Notes: a model not told the origin generated them from the letters alone. 64,000 bases of DNA from an uncultured Gemmatimonadales bacterium (GCA_963793305.1 CAWBZV010000003.1:864001-928000), one strand, 5' to 3'; positions 11,188 through 22,883 are shown, counted from the stretch's first letter. Translations and numbers: made by a program.

Positions 11188-12247
11188 GTGACGCTGGAGC
11201 GCACCCTCGATCGCTCGTGCTATCTCTCCGCGGACTTTTATGCTCGCGAGCGCGAGGGGATCTTCTCTCGCGAATGGGTCTACGTTGGCCGTGCGCCTGA
11301 GGAGCGCGGGTCGTATTGCGTCGTCGACGTTGCCGGCGAAGGCATTCTTATAGTGCGTGGCGACGACGGGCTGCACGGTTTTTACAACTTGTGCCGCCAT
11401 TGCGGCTGCCAGCTCGTTCTCGGGGAGGGCGAGTCCACCGGGCGATTTGGGACGGCAATTCGATGTCCATATCACTCGTGGACATATGCGTTCGATGGTA
11501 CGCTGAAAAACGCGCCGTTTCTCGATGAACCACCGGATCTACCCTTGCATCGCGTCTCGGTCGACACGTGGGGCGGGTTCCTGTTTGCCAGCTTGGAGCC
11601 GCGCCAGACGTTGGCCGAGCAACTCGGGCAGATTCCGGAACGCTTGCGGCGATATCCGTTGGCCGAGCTCCGGGTAGCGAGGAGCATCGAGTACGACGTC
11701 GCCGCCAACTGGAAGGTGATCCTCGAGAACTACAACGAGTGCTATCACTGCGCAGGCGTGCACCCCGAGTTGTGCGCTATAGTCCCGGCATTCAAATACC
11801 GCGGCGGCTCCGATCTCGACTGGGACTGCGGCATCCCTCACGCACCGGGCGCGTGGACGTTCACGAAGACCGGGACGACCAACAGGGTCCCGTTCGCCGG
11901 TCTCGACGCGGACGAGCAGACACGGCACAAAGGTGAGCTGATCTATCCGAACTTCATGTGCAGCTTGTCGGCCGAGCACGTGGCGACGTTTCGGCTGCAG
12001 CCAAAGGGCCCCGAACGCACGGTCGTCACGTTCGACTGTCTGTTTCATCCTGATGCGATCGCCGCGCCCGACTTCGACCCGAGCGACGCCGTCGACTTCT
12101 GGCACGTTGTGAACGTCCAGGACTGGACGATCTGCGAAGGTGTCCAACGCGGCATGCACGCCCGGCCATTCGAGACCGGGTTCTACGCCCCCATGGAAAG
12201 CCTGAGCCTCGACATTCGGCGCTATATCCGAGAGCGCCTCGGATCGA
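11188..12247 (+). CDS. Rieske non-heme iron oxygenase alpha subunit (GbcA/choline monooxygenase-like); stop codon lost to a probable 1-bp insertion at 12245
   Basis: Rieske ligands CRH...CPYH; mononuclear Fe motif NWK..ENYNECYHC...HP and VNVQD. Confidence 0.85.
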
Positions 12248-13416
12248 CGCGCGCGGGAATTCGAGTACATCGTCCTTGGACTCGGCGGCCTCGGCTCCGG
12301 CGCCGCATACTGGCTGAGCAAACGCGCCGGCGCCGACGTGCTCGGCATCGAGCAGTTCGAGCTCGGACACGCGAGAGGCGAGTCGCAGGATCACTCGCGG
12401 ATTATTCGCCTTTCGTACCACCTCCCCGTGTACGTCGAGTTGGCGAAACGCGCCTACGAGTCATGGGACATGCTGGCCGCCGATGCAGGCGAATCGCTTG
12501 TCCTTCGCACCGGTGGCCTCGACCTCGGCCCCCGCTCGGGCGCGATCCCACTGCTGGGGCTATGCCGACAGCATGAGCAAAGCCGGTGTCGCGTACGAGT
12601 GGCTCGACGCCAGAGAGATCATGCGGCGGTGGCCGCAATGGACATTGCCCGACGACGTGCACGGGTTGTTTCAGGCTCGCGCGGGGATCGCGATGGCGGC
12701 TCGCGCGAATGCCGCGCATCAGAACAATGGCGCGCGCCTTCGGCGCGACGCTGCTGGAGAACACTCCGGTCACGGCCGTTGCGTCCGCCGTGGAGAGGTA
12801 CAGGTGCGACTCTGGCGGCGTGACGTATAGGGACGGCAAGCTGATCGTCGCGGCCGGGCCTTGGTCCGTCGATTGTCCTCGCTTCTTCGGAGCGAACATT
12901 CCACTCGAGGTCACGCAAGAGCAGGTGACCTATTTCGCGTCGCCCACGCCGGAAGAGTTTGCGCCGGATCGCTTTCCGGTGTGGATCTGGATGGACGACC
13001 CGTCCTACTACGGCTTTCCCGTGTTCGGAGAAAACGGCCCAAAAGTCGCCCGCGATGCGGGTGGCAAACCGGTGACGGCCGATACGAGAACCTTCGAACC
13101 AGACGCCGAGGCGATTCAGCGTATCAGAGAGTTTCTCGCGAAATTCTTGCCTGGTGCGGCCGGCCCAGAGATCTACACGAAGACGTGTCTCTACACGCTC
13201 ACGCCGGATCGCGATTTCGTCATCGACCGCGTCCCAGGCACCGACAACGTGTGGATCGTGATCGGCGCCGGCCACGCGTTCAAGTTTGCGTCCGTTATCG
13301 GCCGAATCCTGTCCGAGCTGGCAATCGACGCGCGGACGCCGTCGGACCTCCACCCATTCGGGATCGAACGGCCGATCCTGAAGATGGCGAATCCGCCGAA
13401 ACACTATATGCAATGA
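12243..13416 (+). CDS. Monomeric sarcosine oxidase / N-methyltryptophan oxidase family flavoprotein; several +1 frameshifts (~12245-12256, ~12556, ~12722)
   Basis: YIVLGLGGLGS, GESQDHSRIIR, covalent-FAD Cys in KTCLYTLTPD, and GHAFKF are spread over three frames. Confidence 0.85.
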
Positions 13417-14819
13417 GAGCGGCGCTCGCAGTAGGACTATTGAGTATGACGATCATCGCCCCGATCGCCAGGGCGCAATCGCCCGACTCGGCCGATCTCG
13501 CGATTCGCGACGAAGGCGTACGCCGGCTCTCCGAGTATATCCAAGTCAACACGACGAACCCGCCAGGCAACGAGCTCGCGGCCGCGCATTGGCTCCAACA
13601 GGTCCTGGCCGCCGACGGTATCGAGGGCCAGATCCTGGATACCACTGAGCTCGGAGGTGGCCGCGCCAACTTCTACGCTCGGCTGCCCGCCACCGTCCCA
13701 GGAAATCGCTCGGCCATTGCTCTCGTAAGCCACATGGACGTCGTGCCGGTCACGCGCGAAGGTTGGTCGGTTGACCCGTTCGCGGGGCTAGTAAAAGACG
13801 GATACGTGTGGGGCCGCGGGGCGCTCGACATGAAAGGCCACGCGGTGATCCAACTCATGTCGCTCATTGCCTTGAAGCGATCCGGCATTCCGCGCACGCG
13901 TGATATCGTCTTTATCGGCAACGCCGACGAGGAATCCGATGGCGCTGGCGCGATTACGTTCGTGGCCAAGCACAAGGACCTCTTGTCGGGCGTGCAATTC
14001 TTGCTAACCGAGGGCGCCGATACCCGGGTCGAGAACGGCAAGGTGAAATGGTGGTCGATCAACGTCGGCGAGAAGCGCCCGTACTGGCAGCGGCTGACGG
14101 TACACGGCACAACGTCCCACGGTTCGATCCCCACGCCAGACAACCCCGTGCCAAGGCTGGCAAAGGCGCTGGCGCGGATCGCCGACTGGCAGACACCAGT
14201 CCGTGTGCTGCCATCCGTCGAGCGATTCTTCCAGGCCCAGGCCCGCTATGAGACCGGCGAGCACCGGAAATGGCTTTCGGACGCCGCAACCTGGATCCAC
14301 GACCCGCGGGCTCGCGCGTGGATCCTGTCCGAGCCCGAACGCAACGCGCTCCTGCGCAATACGGTCTCGATTACCGTACTCAAAGGCTCGAACAAGACGA
14401 ACACCATTCCGGCCGAAGCCTCCGCCGAATTAGATATACGGCTGCTCCCGGATGAGGACACGTTGGCGTTCCGTCAACAACTGATCCGGGTGATCAACGA
14501 CCCGAAGGTCAACGTCCACACGATCGACGGCGTCGAGCCCAAATTCAACGCGCCACTCGGCACGGAGATGTTCGTCGCCATCGAGCGAGTCGTGAAGGAG
14601 ATGCTCCCGGGAGTCCCGATCGCGACGCCGATCTCGGTCGGCGCGTCGGACCGTCCCACCTACGCCCAGGCCGGCATCGTCTGCTACGGACTCGACCCTT
14701 GGCTCGTCGACATTGAGGACAACCGGCGTGGGGTACACGGCAATGACGAGCGGCTATCGATCGACAATGTCGGCTTTGGGATTCGATTCTATCAACGTCT
14801 CCTGACGATTCTGCAATGA
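13413..14819 (+). CDS. Secreted M20/M25/M40 family metallopeptidase
   Basis: Signal peptide; SHMDVVP, GRGALDMKG, DEE and HGNDE motifs. Confidence 0.9.
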   Translation: MRAALAVGLLSMTIIAPIARAQSPDSADLAIRDEGVRRLSEYIQVNTTNPPGNELAAAHWLQQVLAADGIEGQILDTTELGGGRANFYARLPATVPGNRSAIALVSHMDVVPVTREGWSVDPFAGLVKDGYVWGRGALDMKGHAVIQLMSLIALKRSGIPRTRDIVFIGNADEESDGAGAITFVAKHKDLLSGVQFLLTEGADTRVENGKVKWWSINVGEKRPYWQRLTVHGTTSHGSIPTPDNPVPRLAKALARIADWQTPVRVLPSVERFFQAQARYETGEHRKWLSDAATWIHDPRARAWILSEPERNALLRNTVSITVLKGSNKTNTIPAEASAELDIRLLPDEDTLAFRQQLIRVINDPKVNVHTIDGVEPKFNAPLGTEMFVAIERVVKEMLPGVPIATPISVGASDRPTYAQAGIVCYGLDPWLVDIEDNRRGVHGNDERLSIDNVGFGIRFYQRLLTILQ

Positions 14820-16723
14820 GCGAAATCGCTTTATCAGACGAGGTGCTGTCCAACGTTTTCGAGTACGCCGGGATCGGCATGGCGATCACGTCGCTCGACA
14901 AGCGCTTTCTCCGCGTGAACGAGGGCCTCTCGGAGCTCCTCGGCTGGCCGGTCGACGCGCTCATCGGGCAGTCGGTCCACGACGTGTCGCACCCCGACGA
15001 TTTACCCGAGGACCTCCAGCTCCGCGATCAGTTGCTCGCCGGAACCATTCGCCGGTACACGCGCGAAAAGCGCTATCGGCACGCGTCAGGCCGCTACATC
15101 TGGGTCCAGGTGCACGTCGCCATCGTGCGAGACACGATGGGACAGCCATCGTACTTCGTGGGGCAGATCCACGACATCAGCGCCCGCAAGCGCGCCGAGG
15201 CATTGCTGCAGGAGTCCGAGGAACGATATCGCACGCTGATCGAGAATATCCCGATCGGGCTCTATCGCATGACGCCCGACGGACATTTCCTCAACGTCAA
15301 CGCCGCCCTCATGCAGATGCTCGGGTACACCGATCGCGCCGAGCTGCTGGCGACCGATACCCATGCCTTCTTCGTCGATCCGGACGACCGCGAACGGTTC
15401 GTCAAGGCGATGATGGATAACGACCCCGCGCCCGCGTCGATCGTCGTGCAGAAGCGACGCCGCGATGGCGGCCAGATCTGGTCGCGCATGACCGCGCGTA
15501 TCGTGCGCGGCGACAATGGGCAGCTGCTGTACTATGAGGGCGCGACGGAGGACATCACCGCGCTGCGGCAGAACGAGGAGCAGCTCCGGCAGTCTCAGAA
15601 AATGGAAGCCATGGGGCGGCTCGCCGGCGGCATCGCCCATGATTTCAATAACCTGTTGACGGCCATCAAGGGCAACGCAGCCATGGTCCTCGACTCGTTG
15701 CCGCAAGGCTCGCCCGATGCGCTCTGCCTCCAGGAATTGGATGCCGCAGCAACTCGGGCCGCCGGGCTCACGCGCCAGTTGCTCGCATTCAGCCGCCGCC
15801 AGGTCCTGCAAACCCAGGTCCTGGACCTGAACGCGATCATCGCCGAATCTCGCCCGCTCTTGGGCCGCCTGATCCGGGAAGACATCGAGGTTATCGTCAC
15901 CCCTGACGCCACGGCAACATACGTCCGCGGCGATCGGAGCCAGATCGACCAGGTCCTGCTCAATCTCGCCGTCAATGCGCGCGATGCCATGCCGCACGGT
16001 GGCGTGCTGTCGCTGCGCACGATGAACGTCCTGTTCGATTCCGCCCGCTCGACGATCACCGGGCTATCGCAGGGCCGCTACGTGCTCTTGTCCGTGAGTG
16101 ACAACGGCTGCGGGATGGACGCCGAAACTCGCGCCAGAATCTTCGAGCCGTTCTTCACGACGAAAGAGCGAGGCAAAGGCACGGGCCTCGGCCTCGCCAT
16201 CGTTTACGGGATCGTGAGACAGAGTGGCGGGGCAATCGAAGTCGACACCGCGCCAGGCGCGGGCGCAACGTTCAACATCTATCTGCCCGTGTGCGAGACC
16301 TGCGCGGCCGAAGCGCAGCTGCCGCCGGCCGGACGGCCGAAGGCGGCGAACGGCAAGAGCGTGCTCGTGGTCGAAGACGAAGAAGCCGTACGGCGGTACG
16401 CCGCCCGCGTGCTTGCCAACGAGGGCTACACCGTGGTCGAGGCGGGAGACGGAGTCGAGGCGCTCGATCGTTGGCAGACCCAGGGCGGCGTCGACGTGGT
16501 ACTGACTGACGTCATCATGCCCCGCATGGGCGGCCGGATACTCGTCGAGCGCCTGCGCGCAATGCGCCCGGATCTGCCCGTCGTTTTTATGTCCGGCTAC
16601 GCCGAGGACTCGATGCCTTCCGTGCTTTTTTTGGAGAAGCCTTTCGGCGCGGACGCGATGGCGCGGGTCGTCGCGACGGCTTTGCGTGCTCCAAGCTCCG
16701 CCACAGGTACCAAGCCGCAATAG
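14816..16723 (+). CDS. PAS-PAS hybrid sensor histidine kinase/response regulator
   Basis: Two PAS/PAC domains, H-box [18 protein letters not shown]-terminal receiver (VVEDE, DVIMP, KPF). Confidence 0.95.
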   Translation: MSEIALSDEVLSNVFEYAGIGMAITSLDKRFLRVNEGLSELLGWPVDALIGQSVHDVSHPDDLPEDLQLRDQLLAGTIRRYTREKRYRHASGRYIWVQVHVAIVRDTMGQPSYFVGQIHDISARKRAEALLQESEERYRTLIENIPIGLYRMTPDGHFLNVNAALMQMLGYTDRAELLATDTHAFFVDPDDRERFVKAMMDNDPAPASIVVQKRRRDGGQIWSRMTARIVRGDNGQLLYYEGATEDITALRQNEEQLRQSQKMEAMGRLAGGIAHDFNNLLTAIKGNAAMVLDSLPQGSPDALCLQELDAAATRAAGLTRQLLAFSRRQVLQTQVLDLNAIIAESRPLLGRLIREDIEVIVTPDATATYVRGDRSQIDQVLLNLAVNARDAMPHGGVLSLRTMNVLFDSARSTITGLSQGRYVLLSVSDNGCGMDAETRARIFEPFFTTKERGKGTGLGLAIVYGIVRQSGGAIEVDTAPGAGATFNIYLPVCETCAAEAQLPPAGRPKAANGKSVLVVEDEEAVRRYAARVLANEGYTVVEAGDGVEALDRWQTQGGVDVVLTDVIMPRMGGRILVERLRAMRPDLPVVFMSGYAEDSMPSVLFLEKPFGADAMARVVATALRAPSSATGTKPQ

Positions 16724-17285
16724 TCCCGTGCGGCTCCCAGCGGGCGCCGATCTCCTGTACCCTGGCCGGCGTCGGAAGCTTGCGTAGGCCGTAAGCGCGC
16801 TGCACCGCTTTGCGAATCCCGAGATCGAGCTCGGGGATGACGTTCGGGCGACCGAGCCGGAACATCAGGAACATCTGCGCCGACCACCGGCCGATCCCCT
16901 TCACCTGCACGAGCGCGTCCATGATCGCTGCGTCATCGAGCTCATGGAGGCGATCGACCGGAAGCCGGCCATCGAGCGCATGCGCCGAGAGATCCTTCAC
17001 ATACTTGATCTTCGCCCACGAGAGCCCGGCTCCGCGCAGCGTGGCATCATCAGTCGCCAACAACTCAACCGCGGTCGGTGCGCGATCGCCATACAGTGCG
17101 TGCACGCGAGAATAGATCGTTGACGCGGCCTTACCCGAGAGCTGCTGGAAGACGATCGCGCGTACGATATGATCGAAATGGGTGCCCTCGGCGCGGACCT
17201 CGAACCGGCATGGCCCCACGAGGTCGATCACCTGGGCCATGGCGGGGTCGGATTTCTTGAGATGACTGACGGCACGGGTGTGCAT
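16587..17285 (-). CDS. alkA: DNA-3-methyladenine glycosylase II (HhH-GPD)
   Basis: IVFQQLSGKAA, VKGIGRWSAQMFLMF and DLGIRKA motifs. Confidence 0.9.
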   Translation of the reverse strand: MHTRAVSHLKKSDPAMAQVIDLVGPCRFEVRAEGTHFDHIVRAIVFQQLSGKAASTIYSRVHALYGDRAPTAVELLATDDATLRGAGLSWAKIKYVKDLSAHALDGRLPVDRLHELDDAAIMDALVQVKGIGRWSAQMFLMFRLGRPNVIPELDLGIRKAVQRAYGLRKLPTPARVQEIGARWEPHGTIAAWYLWRSLEHAKPSRRPAPSRPRRKASPKKARKASSPRRSRT

Positions 17286-17302
17286 GGGTCAAATTTAGCC
17301 AT

Positions 17303-18187
17303 ATGCACATCTTCGGCACGCATCCGCCCGATACCGGCGGCATGGACATGGCCGTGCGACGCTCGGCGAACGCCGGCATGACCGCCGTCCAGATCTTTAC
17401 CGCGATTCCGAAGTTTTACGGCGACAAGAGCAATATCAATCCCGACCGGATTACTCGCTTCAAAACCGCGCTCGCCGAAACCAGCATGTCTCCCAAGCAT
17501 GTCATGGCGCACGGCGCGTATGTGCTGAACGTGTCCACGAACAATGACGAGCAGTACGCCCGCGCGAGTGGAGGCCTCAGGAAAGAATTGGAGCGCTCCA
17601 CGACATTGGGGTTGGGACAATTTTGCTTTCACCCCGGAGCGGCCGTCTCCGGCGATCCCGAAGCGGCTTACGCGCGGGTGGCGAGAGCGATAACCGCGGC
17701 CATCGAGGCCGTGCCAGGTCAGACCCGCGTACTGGTCGAGAATACGGCCGGAGCAGGACGTACGGTGGGCCGAACACCGGCTGAGATTGGAACGATTCTA
17801 GCCGAAGTGCCCAAGGCACTGAGATATCGCACCGGTTATGGACTCGATACGTGTCATCTCTTTGCGGCGGGATTCGATATCGCAAAAGACGAGAAGACCC
17901 TAACAGAGACCCTCGATGCCTTCGAGGAGGCCACCGGAGAGCCACCGTCGTTCTTTCACCTGAACGACAGCGAGGGCGCGCTCGGCTCGAACCGTGACCG
18001 TCACATGCTCATCGGTGAGGGACAGATCGGCGTCGAGCCGTTCCGTTGGCTCCTCCGGGATCGTCGAACCTCGGGCATTCCGCTGATCCTCGAGACCCCG
18101 CAGCTCTATGCAGAGCCAGCCAAGGAAGACGCGACGGCTGATCCCTACGACATCAAGATGCTAGGTTTGTTGAAGAGTCTGGAGTAG
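17303..18187 (+). CDS. nfo: Endonuclease IV
   Basis: Zn ligands present: HGAYVLN, FHPG, ENTAG, LDTCH, HLNDS, DRH, LETP. Confidence 0.95.
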   Translation: MHIFGTHPPDTGGMDMAVRRSANAGMTAVQIFTAIPKFYGDKSNINPDRITRFKTALAETSMSPKHVMAHGAYVLNVSTNNDEQYARASGGLRKELERSTTLGLGQFCFHPGAAVSGDPEAAYARVARAITAAIEAVPGQTRVLVENTAGAGRTVGRTPAEIGTILAEVPKALRYRTGYGLDTCHLFAAGFDIAKDEKTLTETLDAFEEATGEPPSFFHLNDSEGALGSNRDRHMLIGEGQIGVEPFRWLLRDRRTSGIPLILETPQLYAEPAKEDATADPYDIKMLGLLKSLE

Positions 18188-18191
18188 TGAT

Positions 18192-19940
18192 ATGAATCAG
18201 CCGTCGCCATCGTTAGCGATTCGATTGTTGGCCCGCGTCAGTGGGGCGGCGGCGATCGTGGTGGCGTTCGCTGGTCTGCTCGACCTGCTGCTCTGGCGGC
18301 TCGGCAGCGCGCCGCTCGTCGAATCGACAACGCAATTGAGCCTGCCGCTCCCCACCACGGCGCTGGGGATCACGGCGATCGGTATCTCGCTCTGGCTCGG
18401 CCGATCCGACGACGTCCCGCGATGGTCGATCATCGCCTCGCGCATCGTCGCGGCGCTCGCGGTGGCGTGGGCCGTGGTATTCCTCGTCGAGTGGATCGCC
18501 ACCATCGACCTGGGCGCCGATAAGCTGCTCTTCGCGGACCGGCTTCGCCCGGCCACGGGGCATCCCCCCGGACGGCCGTCTATCTCGGTCGCGGTCACCC
18601 TGGCGCTACTCGGGTCGGCCCTCATTGCGCTCCATGCCGATTCGCCGATTGCGCATATGACCACGCGCGTCGGGACGGCGCTCGCGCTGCTCATCACGTT
18701 CACGATCCTCGTGAGTCATGTGAACGGGGCGCGAGATTATTATCACGTGTACCCGGTCGGCGACATGGCCCTCGTCTCAGCGCTGGCGCTGGGATTCGCC
18801 GCGCTGGGAGTGCTGCTCGTCAGACCCGCGGTCCGAGGTGGGCTCTCCTCGATTTTGATCGACGAAGCCGCGGGCGGTGTCCTGGCGCGGCGACTATTGC
18901 CCGTCGCCATTCTCGTCCCGATGGTCCTGGGCCGCCTATGGCTGTCGGGCGCGGTTGCTGGATGGTACGATCCGAAAGGGGGCGCCTCGCTCTTCGTCGT
19001 CGCCAGCACGGTCGTGCTCGTCTGGGCCGTCGCGCGCAGCGCCCATGTCGTGCACGCGACCGACGTCCAGCGCTCACGCCTTCTCGTCCGCGAGCAAATG
19101 GCGCGCGAGGAAGCCGAGCGGGCGAATCAGGCGAAGGGCAATTTCTTGGCGGTCATGTCGCACGAATTGCGCACGCCGCTGTCGGCCATCATCGGATACG
19201 AAGAGCTACTCGCCGACGAGATCACCGGGCCGATCAACGATGGCCAACGTCAGCAGCTCTCGCGCATCAAGGCGAGCGCGCGCCATCTCTTGCAACTGAT
19301 CGACGAGATCCTCACGTACTCGAGGGTCGAGGTGGGGCGCGAGGCCGTTGATATCGAGACGGTGCCGCTGCAAGCGGTCATCGATGACGCCGTCGCGCTC
19401 GTCGCGCCCATGGCCGATGACAAAGGCGTGGCATTGACGTGCTCGAAGCTCGATGGCGTGACGCCGATTCGCACCGACGCGCAGAAAGTGCGTCAGATCG
19501 TCGTCAATCTCCTGTCGAATGCCGTGAAGTTCACCGCGGCCGGTGGCTCGATATCCGTGACGCTCACGATCTCGGAGCGCCGCGTGGCCATCGCGATTCG
19601 GGATTCGGGGATCGGCATTGCCGGCGAGTTCCTCGACCGGATCTTCGAGCCGTTCTGGCAAGTCGAGCAGAAGGCCACGCGTACGGCTGGCGGTACGGGC
19701 TTGGGCCTCAGCGTCTCGCGCCGCCTCGCGCGGATGCTGGGCGGGGAGATCGAAGTCGAGAGTACGGTCGGTGCCGGGAGCACGTTTATCGTGACGCTCC
19801 CGCTCGATGCCCTCAATCTCGCTCAGTCACACCCGCGCGTGCCGACTCCGACGGCGCCGCGTCCCAGCCTCTCTGATGCGCAGGTGAGTCCCCGTCGAGC
19901 CCCGGCGTCCGTGGAGTCGAGCGCGAGCGCTCGCACGTAG
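18192..19940 (+). CDS. Membrane-bound sensor histidine kinase
   Basis: Multiple N-terminal TMs; H-box MSHELRTPL; NAVKFT, DSGIGI, GGTGLGL. Confidence 0.93.
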   Translation: MNQPSPSLAIRLLARVSGAAAIVVAFAGLLDLLLWRLGSAPLVESTTQLSLPLPTTALGITAIGISLWLGRSDDVPRWSIIASRIVAALAVAWAVVFLVEWIATIDLGADKLLFADRLRPATGHPPGRPSISVAVTLALLGSALIALHADSPIAHMTTRVGTALALLITFTILVSHVNGARDYYHVYPVGDMALVSALALGFAALGVLLVRPAVRGGLSSILIDEAAGGVLARRLLPVAILVPMVLGRLWLSGAVAGWYDPKGGASLFVVASTVVLVWAVARSAHVVHATDVQRSRLLVREQMAREEAERANQAKGNFLAVMSHELRTPLSAIIGYEELLADEITGPINDGQRQQLSRIKASARHLLQLIDEILTYSRVEVGREAVDIETVPLQAVIDDAVALVAPMADDKGVALTCSKLDGVTPIRTDAQKVRQIVVNLLSNAVKFTAAGGSISVTLTISERRVAIAIRDSGIGIAGEFLDRIFEPFWQVEQKATRTAGGTGLGLSVSRRLARMLGGEIEVESTVGAGSTFIVTLPLDALNLAQSHPRVPTPTAPRPSLSDAQVSPRRAPASVESSASART

Positions 19941-21450
19941 AAACGGCGCGCCATCTCGTAGTGCGCGGTCGCGTACTCGTGATCCGCGATCGTGCGCATC
20001 GCCGACGCCGTCCGTGGCACTCGTGGCATCGCCTGGGCATGCTGCCGGACCAAGCCGAGTGCGACGACTGACGCGGCTACCAACGCCAGGGCCGTCCCCG
20101 AGAACGCGAGCACGCGACTCTTGCGGCGTTTCGGCTTCACCGGCGGTCGTCGTACGGCGGTCGCTGGTTTCGCCGGCGGGCGCGGAGTCTGCGCGCGTGG
20201 CGTGATCGGCAGCGGGGCCGGCGCCACGGCGGTAGCGGCGAATGCCGGTGCCGAGGCTGGCATTGGCGTCAACGGCAGCGGCGTGGTCGGGGCTGACGCG
20301 GCTTTGGCCGTTTTGGCCGAAATGCGACGTGACGCTGATGAGGGTCGCGGGGTGTGCCCGACCGGTGTCGGCTCGGGAGCGGCGGGCGTGCCTGCCGCGG
20401 GCGTAGCCCCCGACACCCGCGCACCGGAGGTCCGCGGCCGGGGCGCCGTGCCGCGCACCATGGAGCGCAGCAGCGTCTCACCGGCGGCGCGATCAGCGTC
20501 CGTCTGGCGGATTGCGTCGAGCGTCGTCACGAGCTCCTGCGTGCTCGCGAAGCGCTTCGCCGGATCTTTCTCGAGCAAGCGCAGCACCGCCACCGTGAGC
20601 GCCGCGGGCGAATCGGGCCGCATGCAGCGAGTAGTCGGCGACCGGCGTGAACCAATGGTGCTGGATGATCTCGGGCAGCGAGTCCCCGTCGAAGGGCACG
20701 CTTCCCGTGATCATCTGGTAGGCCACGATGCCGAGAGAGTACTGGTCGGACTGGGGACCAACGGGTTTCCCGGCGCACTGCTCGGGGCTCATGAAATGCG
20801 GAGTCCCGATCATGGCACCCGTCGCCGTCAGGGTGCCGGATTCGACGGCGCGCGCGATGCCGAAATCGGACACGACGACTTTCGCGTCGCGGTCGACGAG
20901 GATGTTCGCGCCCTTGATGTCCCGATGGATGATCCCATGCTCGTGCGCGAAGGCCAGCGCCGCGGCGGCCGAACGGAGCACGATGAGGATGACGGGGAGC
21001 GGCAGCGCGCCGTACGCATCGAGAACGGCATCCAGCGGCTTCCCGTCGATGAACTTCATCGCCATGTACATGATCCCGCCCGCCTGGCCCACACGGTACA
21101 CCGGGATCACGTTCGGATGATCGAGCGACGCCGCGAGGCGTGCTTCGCGCTTGAATCGGTCGGCGACTGAGCCGACGGGTCCCAGCTCGGGCGGGAGCAC
21201 CTTGAGCGCGACCGGCCGGTCGAGCTCGATCTCTCGCGCTTTGTACACGATCGCCATGCCACCGCGGCCGAGCTCGCGCTCGAACGTCGTATTCGGCGGC
21301 CAGGCCCCGTTTCAGGGTATTGAGGAGCCGTTCGGACTCAGTCCCGCCCAGGGCAAGCGTCGACCCTTCGGCGTTCGTCACGGGCTGGCCGCAGGCGACG
21401 CAGAACTTCGAGTTTGCCGAGACGAGGGTGCCGCACTGAGCGCAGAACAT
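19823..21450 (-). CDS. Hanks-type Ser/Thr protein kinase with N-terminal zinc ribbon, Pro-rich linker, TM and short TPR-like tail; +1 frameshifts near 21283 and 20628
   Basis: CAQC..CVAC ribbon; GRGGMA, VALK, HRDIKGAN, DFG, MSPE in the middle frame; C-terminus in a third frame. Confidence 0.85.
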
Positions 21451-21492
21451 GTCTACTGATGAGACTAGGGTCTTCCGTATGGCGTCACGGAG

Positions 21493-22167
21493 TCAGGCGT
21501 CGTTAAGTGCCAGCGTCCGCAGGGTTTCGTCGTCCAATCGGTGGCCCCCCTCGAACTCGATTGCCGTAAACGACTTATCCGCGGCCTTGAGCGCGGCCTT
21601 TTGCCGCGCCACCCGTTCCGGAGTGGCGTATTCGTCGCGCGACCCGAGCACGAAGACCATCTCCGCTCGACGGAGCGCCGTGTCGGCGCCGAGCGGCACA
21701 TCGTCGGGGATGTATCCGGCCCAGAATATGGCGCGATCGACCGGGAGGCGGGTGTGCGACAGCCAGCGGGCTACGGTCGCCGCGCCCTGCGAGAATCCCA
21801 GCACGGTGACGCGGACCGTGTCGCGGGCGACCTCGCGGAAGATCGTGGCGTAGAGCGTGTCGAGATACGTGATCTGGTCGGTGATCTCGCTCGCCCGGTC
21901 TTCTTTCGTCATCCACGTCGCCCCGACGCCGGAGGTCTGGGATGCGCCCGGTCGGGTGTCGTGGTAATACCGGTTCAGCGCCTCGGGTGCGACGATGAGG
22001 TGCGCGCCGTCGTCGACCGCCGTGCATCGGGCGATGAACTCGCTGGCCAGCTGCCCATACCCGTGGCAGACGATCCAGACCGCGCGCGTCTCCGGCCCCA
22101 CGGCGCCCAGCGTGTAGTAGCGCGCCGTGCGCGGGACGGTTACGTGGTGCTCGTGCGGGGTTCCCAT
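21493..22167 (-). CDS. Phospholipase/carboxylesterase (alpha/beta hydrolase)
   Basis: HGYGQ, GFSQG nucleophile elbow, FEGGH; start MGTPHEHHVTVPRTARYY at 22167. Confidence 0.85.
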   Translation of the reverse strand: MGTPHEHHVTVPRTARYYTLGAVGPETRAVWIVCHGYGQLASEFIARCTAVDDGAHLIVAPEALNRYYHDTRPGASQTSGVGATWMTKEDRASEITDQITYLDTLYATIFREVARDTVRVTVLGFSQGAATVARWLSHTRLPVDRAIFWAGYIPDDVPLGADTALRRAEMVFVLGSRDEYATPERVARQKAALKAADKSFTAIEFEGGHRLDDETLRTLALNDA

Positions 22168-22883
22168 TCGGGCACGAAGTTGAACCCTTTGAGCACGAGT
22201 GCGCCCCTGCGTCCTTGCTTTGGATCCAGGACGTAGGTCGTGAGCGAGCCGTTGGCGACTTCTTCGCCCTGGTCGAGGGCGAGCAGCTCGCCCTCGGTCA
22301 TGTGCTCGAGGATGTAGCGAAAGCAGAGGACGACGACCGAGTGCGCGACGATGAGCAGCCGCTCGCCGGGATACTCGTGCGAGATCGTGTCGATCAGGGT
22401 GCGTAAGCGCAGAATGACATCGGTCCAACTCTCGCCGCCGGGTGGCCGATGATAGAACTTGCCGAGGAAGCGCCGCAGCGTGGCTTGCTCGGGTTGGCGC
22501 GCGACAATGCCATCCCCGGTGAGGCCATCCAGCACGCCGAACTCTTTCTCGCGCAGGCGCTCGTCGATCCAGATGGGCACGTGATCGAAGCCCGCGGCCG
22601 ACACCAGGATGGTCGCCGTGCGGTGCGCCCGCTCGTAGGGCGAGGTGAGCAGCATGGACGGCTGCTCGTCTGGCGGTTGCGCGCGGAACCAGTGGCCGAG
22701 TGCGGCGGCTTGTTGCTCGCCGCGTGGTGAGAGGGGGACGTCAACGTCGCGAATGTCGATCCCGGTCGAGAGACGCCGCGCCGCGAGCGCGGCTTCGCGC
22801 GCGATGTTGCCCGCGCTTTCGCCGTGGCGGACGATCCAGAGGACCGTTGGCCAGATCTCGCTAGGGTCGTGAAGCGGACTCAC
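22140..22883 (-). CDS. Histidine phosphatase family protein
   Basis: RHGES motif, SPYERA, LREKEFG, PGGES, VAH. Confidence 0.92.
   Translation of the reverse strand: MSPLHDPSEIWPTVLWIVRHGESAGNIAREAALAARRLSTGIDIRDVDVPLSPRGEQQAAALGHWFRAQPPDEQPSMLLTSPYERAHRTATILVSAAGFDHVPIWIDERLREKEFGVLDGLTGDGIVARQPEQATLRRFLGKFYHRPPGGESWTDVILRLRTLIDTISHEYPGERLLIVAHSVVVLCFRYILEHMTEGELLALDQGEEVANGSLTTYVLDPKQGRRGALVLKGFNFVPEWEPRTSTT

Noticed and set aside
11188..12576. 462-aa Rieske protein with an Arg-rich C-terminal extension
   Set aside because: Removing C12245 restores a TGA/ATG overlap; the extension is the out-of-frame oxidase gene
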